Origin: an uncultured Elusimicrobia bacterium
Lineage (GTDB): Bacteria; Elusimicrobiota; Elusimicrobia; Elusimicrobiales; UBA9959
Length of the DNA stretch: 64,000 nucleotides
NCBI GenBank assembly: GCA_903867985.1
Contig: CAIPTO010000084.1
Coordinates: 22,810 to 86,809, forward strand
Reading direction: 5' to 3'
In this document: one piece after another, positions 18,541-28,336 of the stretch
Layout of the letters: every line of letters begins with the position of its first letter
How positions within the stretch are numbered: the first letter of the stretch is position 1
Program-made: the position numbers and the translations under genes
The notes under the pieces: generated by a model
Told to the model about the DNA's origin: nothing
Database searches by the model: none
What the model saw: the letters and a program-made list of their open reading frames with translations, nothing else

Positions 18541-20139
18541 ATGAACCAAGTTTTAACATTGACTCTCCTTTTCCTGTTCCCTATACAGTCCGGCGCGCAG
18601 ATAGCGGCCCCAAAAGCGCAGACACAGGCTTCGGAAGAGCTTAAAACGCTGACTAAACAACTCGGAGATGGCGTCAACGACAAACCGGGCATAAAACTCG
18701 CGGTGCTGGAATTCGCGTACACCAGCGGGAAAGTGTCCGATGGCCCGGTAATCGTTCAGGAAAGGCTCACGACCCTGCTGGCTCAAAATAAGAAGCTTAC
18801 CATTATCGAACGAAACCTCCTAAAAAAGGTTCTTGGTGAATTAAATCTCCAGGCATCGGGAGCTATAGACGAAGAAACCACCAGAAAACTGGGCAAACTT
18901 TTAGGAGCCGACGCCGTTGTCACCGGGACTCTGAACGACACAAAAGACGGAGAGACAGAGGTCAACGCCCGCGTAGTCGATACCGAAACAGGGAAAATAC
19001 TGACCGCCGCCGGCGCCAGCGTGCGCAAAACCTGGCAGGATACGACGGCCGTAACCCAGACAGGCAAGAACTACGACGGCAAACCGCTGGTTCAGCTGGC
19101 GATCCTGCTGGACACATCAAACAGCATGGACGGCCTCATCAACCAGGCCCGCAACCAGGTCTGGAAGATAGTCAATGAACTGAACGCCTCCGAAAAGAGC
19201 GGCTCGGCCCCGGTGATCGAAGTAGCCGTATATGAATATGGAAATAGCGGCCTCGCGGCCGAGAAAGGCTGGATACGCCAGGTACTCCCCTTTACCCGAA
19301 ATCTTGATAAAGTGGCTGAAGAACTTTTCTCCCTAAAGACCAACGGCGGAGAGGAATACTGCGGGCAGGTTATCAAAGATGCCGTACAGGAACTGGCCTG
19401 GAGCAAGAAAGACGACGCGTACAAAGCCATCTTCATCGCCGGCAACGAACCCTTTACCCAGGGCGCCACTGACTTTCAGCAGGCGGTGGCGTTAGCTAAA
19501 GCAAAAGGCATTTTCGTCAACACAATCTTCTGCGGCCGCCGGCAGGAAGGCATGGCTACCCAGTGGCTGGCAGCCGCCCAGTTGTCAGAGGGCGAGTACA
19601 CCAATATCGACCAATCGGCTCCCGTGGCCGCAATAAGCGCTCCCCAGGACGATCAGATCGCTCTACTCAGCTCAAAACTCAACACCACTTATATTGCCTA
19701 CGGTTCAAAGGGTAAAGCGGAATTGAATCGCAAAGAAGCTCTTGAAAGCAATGTCGCCGCCTCCGGAGGCGCCGGCATACTATCTGAGCGGGCCGCCTTC
19801 AAGGCTTCCGCTCCCGCGGCCATGGCTGATTATGAATCTTCCTGGGATATAATAACGGCGGTGGAGAGCGGCGCCATGAAACGTTCCGAGATAAAAAAGG
19901 AACAGCTTCCCGAGGAACTCCGGAAAATGGACAAGGCGCAGCTGGATAAGCATATTGATTCAAAACTAGCCGAGCGCAAAAAAATAAAATCGGATATAAT
20001 CCGCCTCCAGGAGCAGCGCAAAAGTTACATAGCCAAACAGGAAAAGACGCGGTCCGGCGCTCCCGTAACCCTGGATAAGGCTATCATAGACGCGGTGCAC
20101 AAACAGGCCGTAACAAAAGGCTATAAGTTCTCACGCTGA
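18541..20139 (+). CDS. Secreted protein with a FlgO/CsgG-like N-terminal domain and a von Willebrand A domain
   Basis: LAVLEF...IIERNLLKKVLGELNLQASGAID...GKLLGADAVVTGT...NARVVDTETGKIL, then LLDTSNSM (MIDAS DxSxS), TNGGEEYCG, FIAGNEPF. Confidence 0.75.
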   Translation: MNQVLTLTLLFLFPIQSGAQIAAPKAQTQASEELKTLTKQLGDGVNDKPGIKLAVLEFAYTSGKVSDGPVIVQERLTTLLAQNKKLTIIERNLLKKVLGELNLQASGAIDEETTRKLGKLLGADAVVTGTLNDTKDGETEVNARVVDTETGKILTAAGASVRKTWQDTTAVTQTGKNYDGKPLVQLAILLDTSNSMDGLINQARNQVWKIVNELNASEKSGSAPVIEVAVYEYGNSGLAAEKGWIRQVLPFTRNLDKVAEELFSLKTNGGEEYCGQVIKDAVQELAWSKKDDAYKAIFIAGNEPFTQGATDFQQAVALAKAKGIFVNTIFCGRRQEGMATQWLAAAQLSEGEYTNIDQSAPVAAISAPQDDQIALLSSKLNTTYIAYGSKGKAELNRKEALESNVAASGGAGILSERAAFKASAPAAMADYESSWDIITAVESGAMKRSEIKKEQLPEELRKMDKAQLDKHIDSKLAERKKIKSDIIRLQEQRKSYIAKQEKTRSGAPVTLDKAIIDAVHKQAVTKGYKFSR

Positions 20140-20153
20140 CGACTCTTCTTTTC

Positions 20154-20189
20154 AAAAAGCCTCCGCGTTTAACTACGCGGAGGCTTTTT
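20154..20189. terminator. Intrinsic terminator, potentially bidirectional
   Basis: AAAAAGCCTCCGCGT-ttaact-ACGCGGAGGCTTTTT. Confidence 0.85.
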
Positions 20190-20192
20190 ATT

Positions 20193-20221
20193 TAGACATC
20201 CCGGACTATGTTTAATAGAAT
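20193..20221 (+). promoter_or_regulatory. Sigma70-type promoter, leaderless spacing to the GH3 start codon
   Basis: TAGACA-17 nt-TAGAAT-6 nt-ATG (20228); no Shine-Dalgarno sequence. Confidence 0.55.
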
Positions 20222-20227
20222 ATAACG

Positions 20228-21829
20228 ATGTTCTCCCATCTTTTCACCTCCATTATTTTATTTTTTTCAGGGTCCGGGCTATGGGCGCAAGCATCTCCTT
20301 CACTTGAGGATAAAGTAGGACAACTGCTTATGATCTCAATAGACGCGGCCGAAGCGTCTAAAGCTGAGGGCCCTATAGCGCAGGGAGTGGGCGGCGTGCA
20401 GCTGCAATGGGGCTCTTATTCGCTCGAAGACACCCGCCGCCTGAACGAGGAACTCCAGCGCGGCGCCCTTAAGAGCAGCCTCCATATACCGCTCTTCATC
20501 GCCACCGATTATGAGGGCGGCAGCGTATACGCGCCCACCACTCTGGGGCTGGCGGAATTGCCGACGAACATGATGCTGGGGGCGGCGAACGACGAGGACA
20601 ATACAGCCTCTCTTTTCTACCTGGCCGGACGCGAGCTTAAAAGGGCCGGTATAAATATGGCCTTCGGCCCTGTACTGGACGTTAATACGAACCCCAAAAA
20701 TCCGATAATCGGCGTCAGGGCTATCGGCGGCAACCCCGAACTGGTTTCAAGGATCGGGGCCGCGGTGATCAGCGGCTTTACCACGGGCGGGATCCTGACC
20801 GTGGCCAAACATTTCCCCGGCCACGGCGCGGCTGAACAGGACTCTCACAAACTTATGCCCCTGATCAGTCTCACGCCCGCGGCGCTGGAAACTTACCACA
20901 TGCAACCTTTTAAAAGAGCGATAGAGTTCAGGGTCCCGCTCATCATGACGGCCCACATTCTCTACCCCGCTCTTGATCCCCAAAAGCCGGCAACCCTTTC
21001 AAAAGCGATAATTGTCGACTTGCTTAAAAAGAAACTTGGATTCACTGGCCTGGTGATAACGGACAGCATGGACATGCTGGCCATAAGCTCAAGATACCAG
21101 ATACATAAAGCCGCCGCGCTCGCCATCAAAGCCGGCGCCGACATCGTTCTCCTCGGGAAAGGCGACTTCGTTAAAGCCAGGAATGAGATAGTCCGCCAGG
21201 TCAAAGCCGGCATCATCACCGAGACGAGGGTGAATGACGCCTATTACCGGATTTACGAAACCAAACGAGCGGCAGGTTTTTTTGAGGCGCAGACTTACCC
21301 GTCGTCCTTCGACAAGGCTTATGTAAACATCGCAGAAACCATCTCCCGCGAGGCGGTAACTCTCTTGAAGGACAGGGACGGCCTGATCCCGCTGAAGGAT
21401 ACAGCGCTGAAGACCGCCGTCATCATATTCGCCCCGTCACGCTTCAGCGGCAACGCTCTGACTCTTTATAAGGCGCTCTCCGCGAAAGGCTATACGACGG
21501 AACAATCTGTTTTCGATATCAACCCGGACGCGAAAGCTATCGCCGGCGCCGTCGCCGCGGCCGGCAAAGCCGACCGGCTCATCATAGGCAGCTTCCAGTG
21601 GGCGCAGGCGCAGAATATAAACCAGAAGAAGGCGATAAAAGCGCTTCTGGCACTCGGCAAGCCTTCGATCCTGATAAGTTTAATGAGCCCTTATGATCTG
21701 CCGAACTATCCTGAGGCGGGCACGCAACTGGCCGTCTATGGCATGACAGCGCCCGGAATGGCGGCGGCCGGCGAAGTACTGAACGGCGATACCGCCCCCA
21801 CGGGCCGGTTGCCGGTGAAGATGGAGTAA
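20228..21829 (+). CDS. nagZ: GH3 beta-N-acetylhexosaminidase (NagZ-like) with a C-terminal domain, secreted
   Basis: ATDYEGG, GPVLDVN, AKHFPGHG, DSH, MTAHI, ITDSMDM. Confidence 0.88.
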   Translation: MFSHLFTSIILFFSGSGLWAQASPSLEDKVGQLLMISIDAAEASKAEGPIAQGVGGVQLQWGSYSLEDTRRLNEELQRGALKSSLHIPLFIATDYEGGSVYAPTTLGLAELPTNMMLGAANDEDNTASLFYLAGRELKRAGINMAFGPVLDVNTNPKNPIIGVRAIGGNPELVSRIGAAVISGFTTGGILTVAKHFPGHGAAEQDSHKLMPLISLTPAALETYHMQPFKRAIEFRVPLIMTAHILYPALDPQKPATLSKAIIVDLLKKKLGFTGLVITDSMDMLAISSRYQIHKAAALAIKAGADIVLLGKGDFVKARNEIVRQVKAGIITETRVNDAYYRIYETKRAAGFFEAQTYPSSFDKAYVNIAETISREAVTLLKDRDGLIPLKDTALKTAVIIFAPSRFSGNALTLYKALSAKGYTTEQSVFDINPDAKAIAGAVAAAGKADRLIIGSFQWAQAQNINQKKAIKALLALGKPSILISLMSPYDLPNYPEAGTQLAVYGMTAPGMAAAGEVLNGDTAPTGRLPVKME

Positions 21830-21946
21830 CAAAAGCACGGCAGTACGACAGCGGGATAGCGCGGCAGGTGCTGCACGAGTCACCAGCCATAAATTGCGGT
21901 TTATGGAACTGTCGTGCTTTCCTGCTGCCGCGCTGCCGTACTATTT
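21829..21946. repeat. Inverted-arm octamer element (ACGGCAGT / ACTGCCGT family) with an internal hairpin
   Basis: Left arm acggcagt acgacagc gggatagc gcggcagg; inner ccataaa/tttatgg stem; right arm actgtcgt gctttcct gctgccgc gctgccgt up to the ATG. Confidence 0.8.
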
Positions 21947-22456
21947 ATGAAACGCATACTGATCATTATTATCATAACCCTGGCAGCAGTTCTGGCGGTC
22001 AGAGAATACGCCTATGAGCCGATGTACATCGCCAGCGAATCCATGGCGCCGACACTTTACGTGGGCCAGCGCCTTATCATGGATAAGCTCGCTTTTAAAT
22101 TCCGATCCCCCGCCAGGGGCGAGATAATAGTCTTCCGCTCGCCAATGGGACAGGAACACGAATCGGTCAAAAGGGTAATAGCGGTACCGGGCGACACAGT
22201 GGAGCTCAGAAGCAAGGACGTGTGGCTGAACGGCGAAAAGCTATTTGAGATATACACGCAGCACATCAGGCCGAACGAGGTGTTGGACGGGGATAATCTC
22301 GGCCCGTTGATCGTGCCTAAGGACGCGCTTTTTGTCATGGGCGACAACAGGGACTGCTCCGACGATTCCGCAACCTGGAAGGATCCGGCCACCGGCAAAA
22401 AAATCTATTTCCTCCCTCTTTCCTCGGTAACAGGGAAAATACGGGGCATTTACTAA
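21947..22456 (+). CDS. lepB: Signal peptidase I
   Basis: IASESMAPTL (catalytic Ser), VKRVIAVPGD (catalytic Lys), MGDNRDCSDDS. The track N-terminal extension is repeat DNA. Confidence 0.88.
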   Translation: MKRILIIIIITLAAVLAVREYAYEPMYIASESMAPTLYVGQRLIMDKLAFKFRSPARGEIIVFRSPMGQEHESVKRVIAVPGDTVELRSKDVWLNGEKLFEIYTQHIRPNEVLDGDNLGPLIVPKDALFVMGDNRDCSDDSATWKDPATGKKIYFLPLSSVTGKIRGIY

Positions 22457-22524
22457 ACCATGGCGGTTGTATTGTTTTTGTAAATTATTTAAACTCTTAT
22501 TATATGATGACGCACCGGGGTTCA

Positions 22525-23544
22525 ATGAGGTTTAACATCTTAATATCATCGGTGCTGCTGCCGCTGTTTTTCTCGGGATTTTGCGCCTGTTCACCCGGGG
22601 AAAAATTTGACTCCTCCAAGCCCGCCGCCGGCCTGGTCTTCGATGTGGGAGGCCGCGGCGACAAATCCTTTAACGATTCCGCTTATAACGGTATAGAAAG
22701 GGCCCAGAAGGATTTTAAGATACCGATAGACTACATAGAACCCGGGGAAGGCGCAGACAAAGAATCCGCGCTCAGACAGCTGGCCTCGGGGCATTACGGG
22801 CTGATCTTCGGCACCGGCTTCCTTTTTACGGATGACATAAATACCGTAGCAGGCGATTTCCCGAATAAAAAATTTGCCTGCATCGATTACGCCGTAGACC
22901 CCTCGAAAACTATACCGCCCAACGTCCTGGCGATAAAATTCAAGGAAGAAGAAGGCAGCTTCCTGGTGGGCGCCATAGCGGCCCTGACCACCAAAACGAA
23001 CGCCATCGGCTTCGTCGGCGGCATGGACATACCGCTAATACACAAATTTGAGGCCGGTTACCGCGCCGGGGCCCTTTATGTTAACCCGAAATGCAAAGTC
23101 CTAATCGGCTATGCCGGCGTAACCGGCGAAGCCTTTAAGAATCCGGCTAAAGGCAAGGAGCTGGCCCTTTCGCAGATTGGCAAGGGCGCCGACGTTATAT
23201 TTCACGCTTCAGGTTCCACAGGCCTTGGCGTCTTTGAAGCCGCCCGGGATAAGCATATCTATGCCATCGGCGTGGATTCTGACCAATACGCGGAGGCTCC
23301 CGGCTATATCCTCACTTCAATGATCAAGATGGTGGATATCTCGGTCTATAAGACCGTCCGGGAATATCTGGACGGAACTTTTAAAGGCGGAATGCGGGAG
23401 TTCGGCCTGGCCGAGGACGGCGTGGGCTATGTTTATGACCGCAACAACAAGGATTTGATAAAGCCCGAAATCATTAAGAAAGTGGAAGAACTGAAAAAGC
23501 TGATCATAATCGGTAAAATAAAAGTGCCGAACACTAACAGATAA
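22525..23544 (+). CDS. BMP-family (nucleoside) ABC transporter substrate-binding lipoprotein
   Basis: GGRGDKSFNDSA, FKEEEGSFLVG, GADVIFHASG, AIGVDSDQ, LTSMIK. Confidence 0.92.
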   Translation: MRFNILISSVLLPLFFSGFCACSPGEKFDSSKPAAGLVFDVGGRGDKSFNDSAYNGIERAQKDFKIPIDYIEPGEGADKESALRQLASGHYGLIFGTGFLFTDDINTVAGDFPNKKFACIDYAVDPSKTIPPNVLAIKFKEEEGSFLVGAIAALTTKTNAIGFVGGMDIPLIHKFEAGYRAGALYVNPKCKVLIGYAGVTGEAFKNPAKGKELALSQIGKGADVIFHASGSTGLGVFEAARDKHIYAIGVDSDQYAEAPGYILTSMIKMVDISVYKTVREYLDGTFKGGMREFGLAEDGVGYVYDRNNKDLIKPEIIKKVEELKKLIIIGKIKVPNTNR

Positions 23545-25089
23545 ATGAAACCCGAAGAAATTTTCGCTATAGAACTTTCAGGCGTCACCAAACGCTTCGG
23601 CACTATTTACGCGAACAAGAACGCCGAACTTAAGGTGAAAAAAGGTGAGATCCACGCTCTCGTGGGCGAGAATGGCGCCGGCAAATCCACTTTAATGAAG
23701 ATCCTCTATGGCATGTACCGGCCCGACACCGGCGTGATCAAAGTGAACGGCAAAGCCGTGACGCTGAAATCCCCTAAGGACGCCATAGATCTAAAAATTG
23801 GCATGGTCCACCAGCATTTCATGCTGGTAAAAACTCTGACCGTGGCAGAGAACGTCGTTCTTGGAGAAGAGCCGGTAAAGAACGGATTCGCGCTCGATTA
23901 TGCCAGGGCCAAGGAAGAAACCGCGCGCCTGATAAAAAAATTCAACCTTATACTGGACCCCGACGCACTGGTTTCCGGACTGAGCGTGGGAGAGGAGCAG
24001 CGCCTTGAGATCCTTAAGATACTCTACCGCAAGGCCGATATTCTCATACTGGATGAGCCGACGGCGGTACTCACCCCCCAGGAAATAAAACATTTTTTTG
24101 ACATCATCAGAAAACTCAGTTCTGAAGGCAAGACCGTGGTGCTCATAACCCACAAACTAAAGGAAGTGCTGGCCGTATCCGGCTCAGTGACCGTCATGCG
24201 CCAGGGCGCCACCGTGGCCCGGATGGAAACCGCGGGCGCGACCGAGAGCTCGCTGGCCCAGTTCATGGTCGGCCGCCCGGTGGTCTTCCAGGTGGCAAAA
24301 GCCATGCGCACGAAAGAGGAGCTGGAACGCAGCGATACCGTGCTTTCTATCAGGGACCTGAAAGCGATGTCGCCCAAAGGCCACATGGCCCTGAATGGCC
24401 TCTCGCTCGATATCAAAAAGGGCGAAATATTCGGCATAGCCGGAGTTGAAGGCAACGGCCAGTCCGAACTGGTGGAGATCATCACTGGTCTTAAACAACC
24501 TGTCTCAGGCTCCATGAACGTGCGCGGCAAAGGTATAAATTTCCCATGCAGCTCTCCCAGAAAAATGTTTGACGCCGGGATAGCCCATATCCCGGAAGAC
24601 CGCCACAAAAAAGGTCTGATCCTGGACTATTCGGTTGCGGAGAACCTTATACTCGGCAGGCACCGCGAACCGGCCTTCTCTAGTCCGATGAAAATGAATT
24701 TCCCGGGAGTGGACGCCTTCGCTGCCAAAATGGCAGGCGACTACAGTATTTACCCCCCTCGCACAGATCTCCGCGCGGGCGGCATGTCGGGCGGAAACCA
24801 GCAAAAGATAGTGGTGGCCAGGGAACTCTCCCGCGAGCCGCGGCTGCTGGTAGTTTCACAACCCACGCGCGGCGTGGACGTCGGCGCTATCGAATTTATT
24901 CACAAAAAAATAATAGAAACCAGGGACCGCGGCTGTGCGGTGCTGCTCATTTCCGCCGAACTTTCCGAGATACTTTCACTTTCTGACCGCGTAGGCGTCA
25001 TCTATCGCGGCCAGCTGGCTGGAATCTTCGGCGCCGGAGAGATCGGAGAGGAACAGCTCGGCCTCCTGATGATGGGCGGCAAACAATGA
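23545..25089 (+). CDS. Nucleoside/sugar ABC transporter ATP-binding protein with two NBDs
   Basis: GENGAGKST, LDEPT, PEDRHKKG, MSGGNQQK, PTRGVDVG. Confidence 0.93.
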   Translation: MKPEEIFAIELSGVTKRFGTIYANKNAELKVKKGEIHALVGENGAGKSTLMKILYGMYRPDTGVIKVNGKAVTLKSPKDAIDLKIGMVHQHFMLVKTLTVAENVVLGEEPVKNGFALDYARAKEETARLIKKFNLILDPDALVSGLSVGEEQRLEILKILYRKADILILDEPTAVLTPQEIKHFFDIIRKLSSEGKTVVLITHKLKEVLAVSGSVTVMRQGATVARMETAGATESSLAQFMVGRPVVFQVAKAMRTKEELERSDTVLSIRDLKAMSPKGHMALNGLSLDIKKGEIFGIAGVEGNGQSELVEIITGLKQPVSGSMNVRGKGINFPCSSPRKMFDAGIAHIPEDRHKKGLILDYSVAENLILGRHREPAFSSPMKMNFPGVDAFAAKMAGDYSIYPPRTDLRAGGMSGGNQQKIVVARELSREPRLLVVSQPTRGVDVGAIEFIHKKIIETRDRGCAVLLISAELSEILSLSDRVGVIYRGQLAGIFGAGEIGEEQLGLLMMGGKQ

Positions 25090-26150
25090 AACTTTCAAAA
25101 ACTTTTAAAATATTCCTCATAAATATCGGCGTCACGCTTGCCGCTATACTTGCCTCTTTTATCGTAGGCGCTTTTTTTATTCTGCTGGTTGATGTAAATC
25201 CGATAACGGTCTACTGGAAGCTGTTCGAAGGCATAGCCCTTAATCCCTATGGTCTGGCGCAGACCCTTTTCAAGGCTACCCCCCTCATTATGACAGGCCT
25301 GGGTATAGCCCTGGGCTTCAAAGCAAATATTTTCAACATCGGCGCGGAAGGCCAGATGGTTGTGGGCGGCTTCGCCTGCGCCTGGCTGGGATTCACATTC
25401 GCCGGCCTTCCCGCGTTCCTTATGGTTCCGCTATGCATCCTGGGCGCGTTCCTGGGCGGAGTGCTCTGGGCGGCTGTGCCTGCCATACTTAAAGTTAAAA
25501 CAGGCGCGCATGAGGTTATCACGACCATTATGATGAACTTCATCGCCCTGGCGCTCACCAATTACCTTGTGACCTATTTCTTTCACCTCCCGGAAACCGT
25601 CCACACACAACTGACCTCGCAAACCGCCTTCCTGCCCCGCCTGGATCAGTATATTTCCGCTTTCAAAGGCTCTCCCGCCAACGTCACTCTTTTCCTGGCC
25701 GTCGCCCTGTGCGTGGCTTTCTGGTGGCTGATCTGGAAGACGCCTTACGGGTACGAGATCCGCGCAATAGGCCTCAATCCTTCCGCGGCCGAAACCGGCG
25801 GCATACATATCAAACGCACTGTTCTCATGACATTCCTGATCTCCGGCGGCCTGAGCGGACTGGCCGCCACCAACTTTATAATGGGCTACAAGCACTATTT
25901 TGAGGAAGGATTCTCCCAGGGCGTAGGATTCATGGGAATTGCGGTGGCGCTGGTCGGCCAGAACAATCCTTTCGGGATCATCTTTGCCGCGCTCCTCTTC
26001 GGCGCCCTGTCACACGGCACGCTGGTCATTAACGCCCTGGTCCCCAAGGATATAATACAGATACTCCAGGCCCTTGTGATACTTTTTGTCATTTCGGCTA
26101 ATCTGCTGATAAAAAAATATATTGCCAGGCTGAACGAAGACAGATCATGA
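25086..26150 (+). CDS. Nucleoside ABC transporter permease
   Basis: FNIGAEGQ, HEVITTIMMN, YEIRAIGLN, GFMGIAVAL. Confidence 0.92.
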   Translation: MKLSKTFKIFLINIGVTLAAILASFIVGAFFILLVDVNPITVYWKLFEGIALNPYGLAQTLFKATPLIMTGLGIALGFKANIFNIGAEGQMVVGGFACAWLGFTFAGLPAFLMVPLCILGAFLGGVLWAAVPAILKVKTGAHEVITTIMMNFIALALTNYLVTYFFHLPETVHTQLTSQTAFLPRLDQYISAFKGSPANVTLFLAVALCVAFWWLIWKTPYGYEIRAIGLNPSAAETGGIHIKRTVLMTFLISGGLSGLAATNFIMGYKHYFEEGFSQGVGFMGIAVALVGQNNPFGIIFAALLFGALSHGTLVINALVPKDIIQILQALVILFVISANLLIKKYIARLNEDRS

Positions 26151-27070
26151 ACGAATTCCTGCAAATTTTCACGCTTGCTCTGCTAAGCACGACCGTCCGT
26201 ATCTCGGTGCCCTATATACTCGTAGCCCTGGGCGCCACGGTCTCTGAGCTGGGCGGCGTGGTAAACATCGGACTGGAAGGCTTGATCCTTATCGGGGCTT
26301 TCTGTTCGGTGCTGGGCAATTATTACACTGGCAACCCGTGGCTTGGCGTGCTGTGCGCCGTGGCCGGAGGAATGTTCTTTGCCTGGATACACGCCGTAGT
26401 CTGTATCAAGTTCCGCGCCAATCAGATAATCTCCGGCCTGGCCATAAATATCATGGCGATCGGAGTGACCAAGTTCTTTCTGAAATACTTTTTCCACTCC
26501 TCCTCTAACTCTGGCCGCATCTCGGGCCTGCCAAAATGGAATATCCCCTTTTTATCCGGGACACCCGTGCTGGGAGACATAACATCCAGCCCGCTCATCC
26601 TTCTGACCATCCTGCTCGTTTTCGCTGTTTTCTACGCCGTATATAAGACGCCTTTCGGCCTGCGACTGCGCGCCGTGGGCGAAAACCCGGAGGCGGCCGA
26701 CACCCTGGGCGTAAACGTTTACAAGATGCGCTATGCGGGAGTGCTTATTTCCGGAGCACTGGCCGCTTTGGGCGGAGTCTGGCTGGCGTACGACCAGCAC
26801 CAATTTACCGACGGCATGAGCGGTGGACGGGGATATATAGCCCTTACCGCCATGATCTTCGGTAAATGGAATCCGGCGCTTGCGGCCCTCGCCGCCCTTT
26901 TCTTCGGTTTCGCGGAAGCCATTCAGATACAGCTGCAGACCATCGGCGTGGATTTGCCTGTGCAGTTCATCCAGATGATTCCATATGTACTCACCATAGT
27001 GGTGCTGGCCGGATCATTATCAAAATCCACCGCCCCCTCTGCGGACGGCGTCCCCTACGAAAAGGAATAA
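26147..27070 (+). CDS. Nucleoside ABC transporter permease
   Basis: VVNIGLEG, GLRLRAVGENP, GRGYIALTAMIFGKW. Confidence 0.92.
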   Translation: MNEFLQIFTLALLSTTVRISVPYILVALGATVSELGGVVNIGLEGLILIGAFCSVLGNYYTGNPWLGVLCAVAGGMFFAWIHAVVCIKFRANQIISGLAINIMAIGVTKFFLKYFFHSSSNSGRISGLPKWNIPFLSGTPVLGDITSSPLILLTILLVFAVFYAVYKTPFGLRLRAVGENPEAADTLGVNVYKMRYAGVLISGALAALGGVWLAYDQHQFTDGMSGGRGYIALTAMIFGKWNPALAALAALFFGFAEAIQIQLQTIGVDLPVQFIQMIPYVLTIVVLAGSLSKSTAPSADGVPYEKE

Positions 27071-27078
27071 TCAGCCTC

Positions 27079-28302
27079 ATGGCGCTAAAAATACTGGTCA
27101 ACTCCCTGTTTGGGGGCGGCGCGGAAATTCAGGCTGCGCTTCTTGTTAAAGCGCTGAAGCCGGAGGCTTTTTTACTCCTTGATACCGAAGGCGCCCCACG
27201 CCCTGGAATCCCGGACTTTTCGAGTCTTTCAAAACGCGGCTCTTCATTGCCGGGAGCCATAAAAACCCTTCTGGCGCCTCTCTACGCCAGACGCCTGGCG
27301 GCGCTTACCGGCCCCGGCGACACCGTCCTCTCTTTAATGGAGCGCTCAAATTTCGTTAATATAATGGCCGCGCGCAGTAGCGGACACCGCGCCGTTATCT
27401 GCGAACGCACGTATCCTTCAATCGATTTTTCGGGAGTTCGCGGCATGCTGATGAAGCCGATCATCAGAAAACTATACCCTGAAGCGGATCTGATAATTTC
27501 AAATTCAAAAGGCAACGCGCGGGACCTTGTAGAAAACTTCGGGGTTACGGCGGAAAAGATCCGGGTTATAACGAACCCCTGCGACACCGAGGCGGTAAAA
27601 AAAGCGGCCGCAGAGCCGCTTGAAAGCGGGCATGAAGCTATTTTCAGAAGGCCGGTCATCATAACAAGCGGCCGCCTACGACCTCAAAAAGGACATTGGC
27701 ATTTACTCAGGATATTCGCTGAATTTAAAAAGACCCGGCCGGAAGCCGCTCTCGTTTTTTTAGGTGAAGGAGAGCTGCAGGTAAAATTACTAAGCTTATG
27801 CGCAGCTATGGGACTTAAAGCATGCGCCCCCGGCCGCACTTCGCCCGCGCTGGGAACAGAAGACGTGTTTTTCCTGGGTTTTCAAAAAAACCCTTATAAA
27901 TTTTTCTCAAAAGCCGGGCTGTTCGTATTCACCCCGCTTTGGGAAGGACTTCCGAACTCAATTATTGAGGCCCTGACATGCGGCCTGCCGGTAATATCTT
28001 CAGACTGCCGCTCCGGTCCGAGAGAAATACTGGCGCCGGAGACGGATTTCAAAATTGAGACCGCGACACCGGAAGAGACAGCTTTTGGACTTTTGATGCC
28101 TCAATTTCAGATCACCGGACCCGACTTCACTACTGAGGTAAGCGACCTTGAGCGGCTTTGGGCCAAGCAGATATCAGCTCTTATGTACGATAAGGCCAGA
28201 CTTGAGCGATGCGGCGCCGCGGGCCGCAGGCGCGCCGAGGCGTTTTCTCTGAAAACAAAAATTTTGGAATGGCAGGAAGTTCTAGCGGATGTAAAAGTTT
28301 AA
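27079..28302 (+). CDS. Glycosyltransferase family 4
   Basis: GGGAE, SGRLRPQKG, WEGLPNSIIEALTCGLPVISSDC. Start moved to the ATG at 27079. Confidence 0.88.
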   Translation: MALKILVNSLFGGGAEIQAALLVKALKPEAFLLLDTEGAPRPGIPDFSSLSKRGSSLPGAIKTLLAPLYARRLAALTGPGDTVLSLMERSNFVNIMAARSSGHRAVICERTYPSIDFSGVRGMLMKPIIRKLYPEADLIISNSKGNARDLVENFGVTAEKIRVITNPCDTEAVKKAAAEPLESGHEAIFRRPVIITSGRLRPQKGHWHLLRIFAEFKKTRPEAALVFLGEGELQVKLLSLCAAMGLKACAPGRTSPALGTEDVFFLGFQKNPYKFFSKAGLFVFTPLWEGLPNSIIEALTCGLPVISSDCRSGPREILAPETDFKIETATPEETAFGLLMPQFQITGPDFTTEVSDLERLWAKQISALMYDKARLERCGAAGRRRAEAFSLKTKILEWQEVLADVKV

Positions 28303-28336
28303 AATTCCGGAAGTCGGCCGCGTCAATCCTTGGACT

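Noticed and set aside
21914-21946. N-terminal extensions in the ORF track (lepB, 5505, 8983, 14289, 26866, 49871)
   Set aside because: They run through repeat arms, promoters or neighbouring genes; downstream starts fit signal peptides and RBS or -10 positions better.
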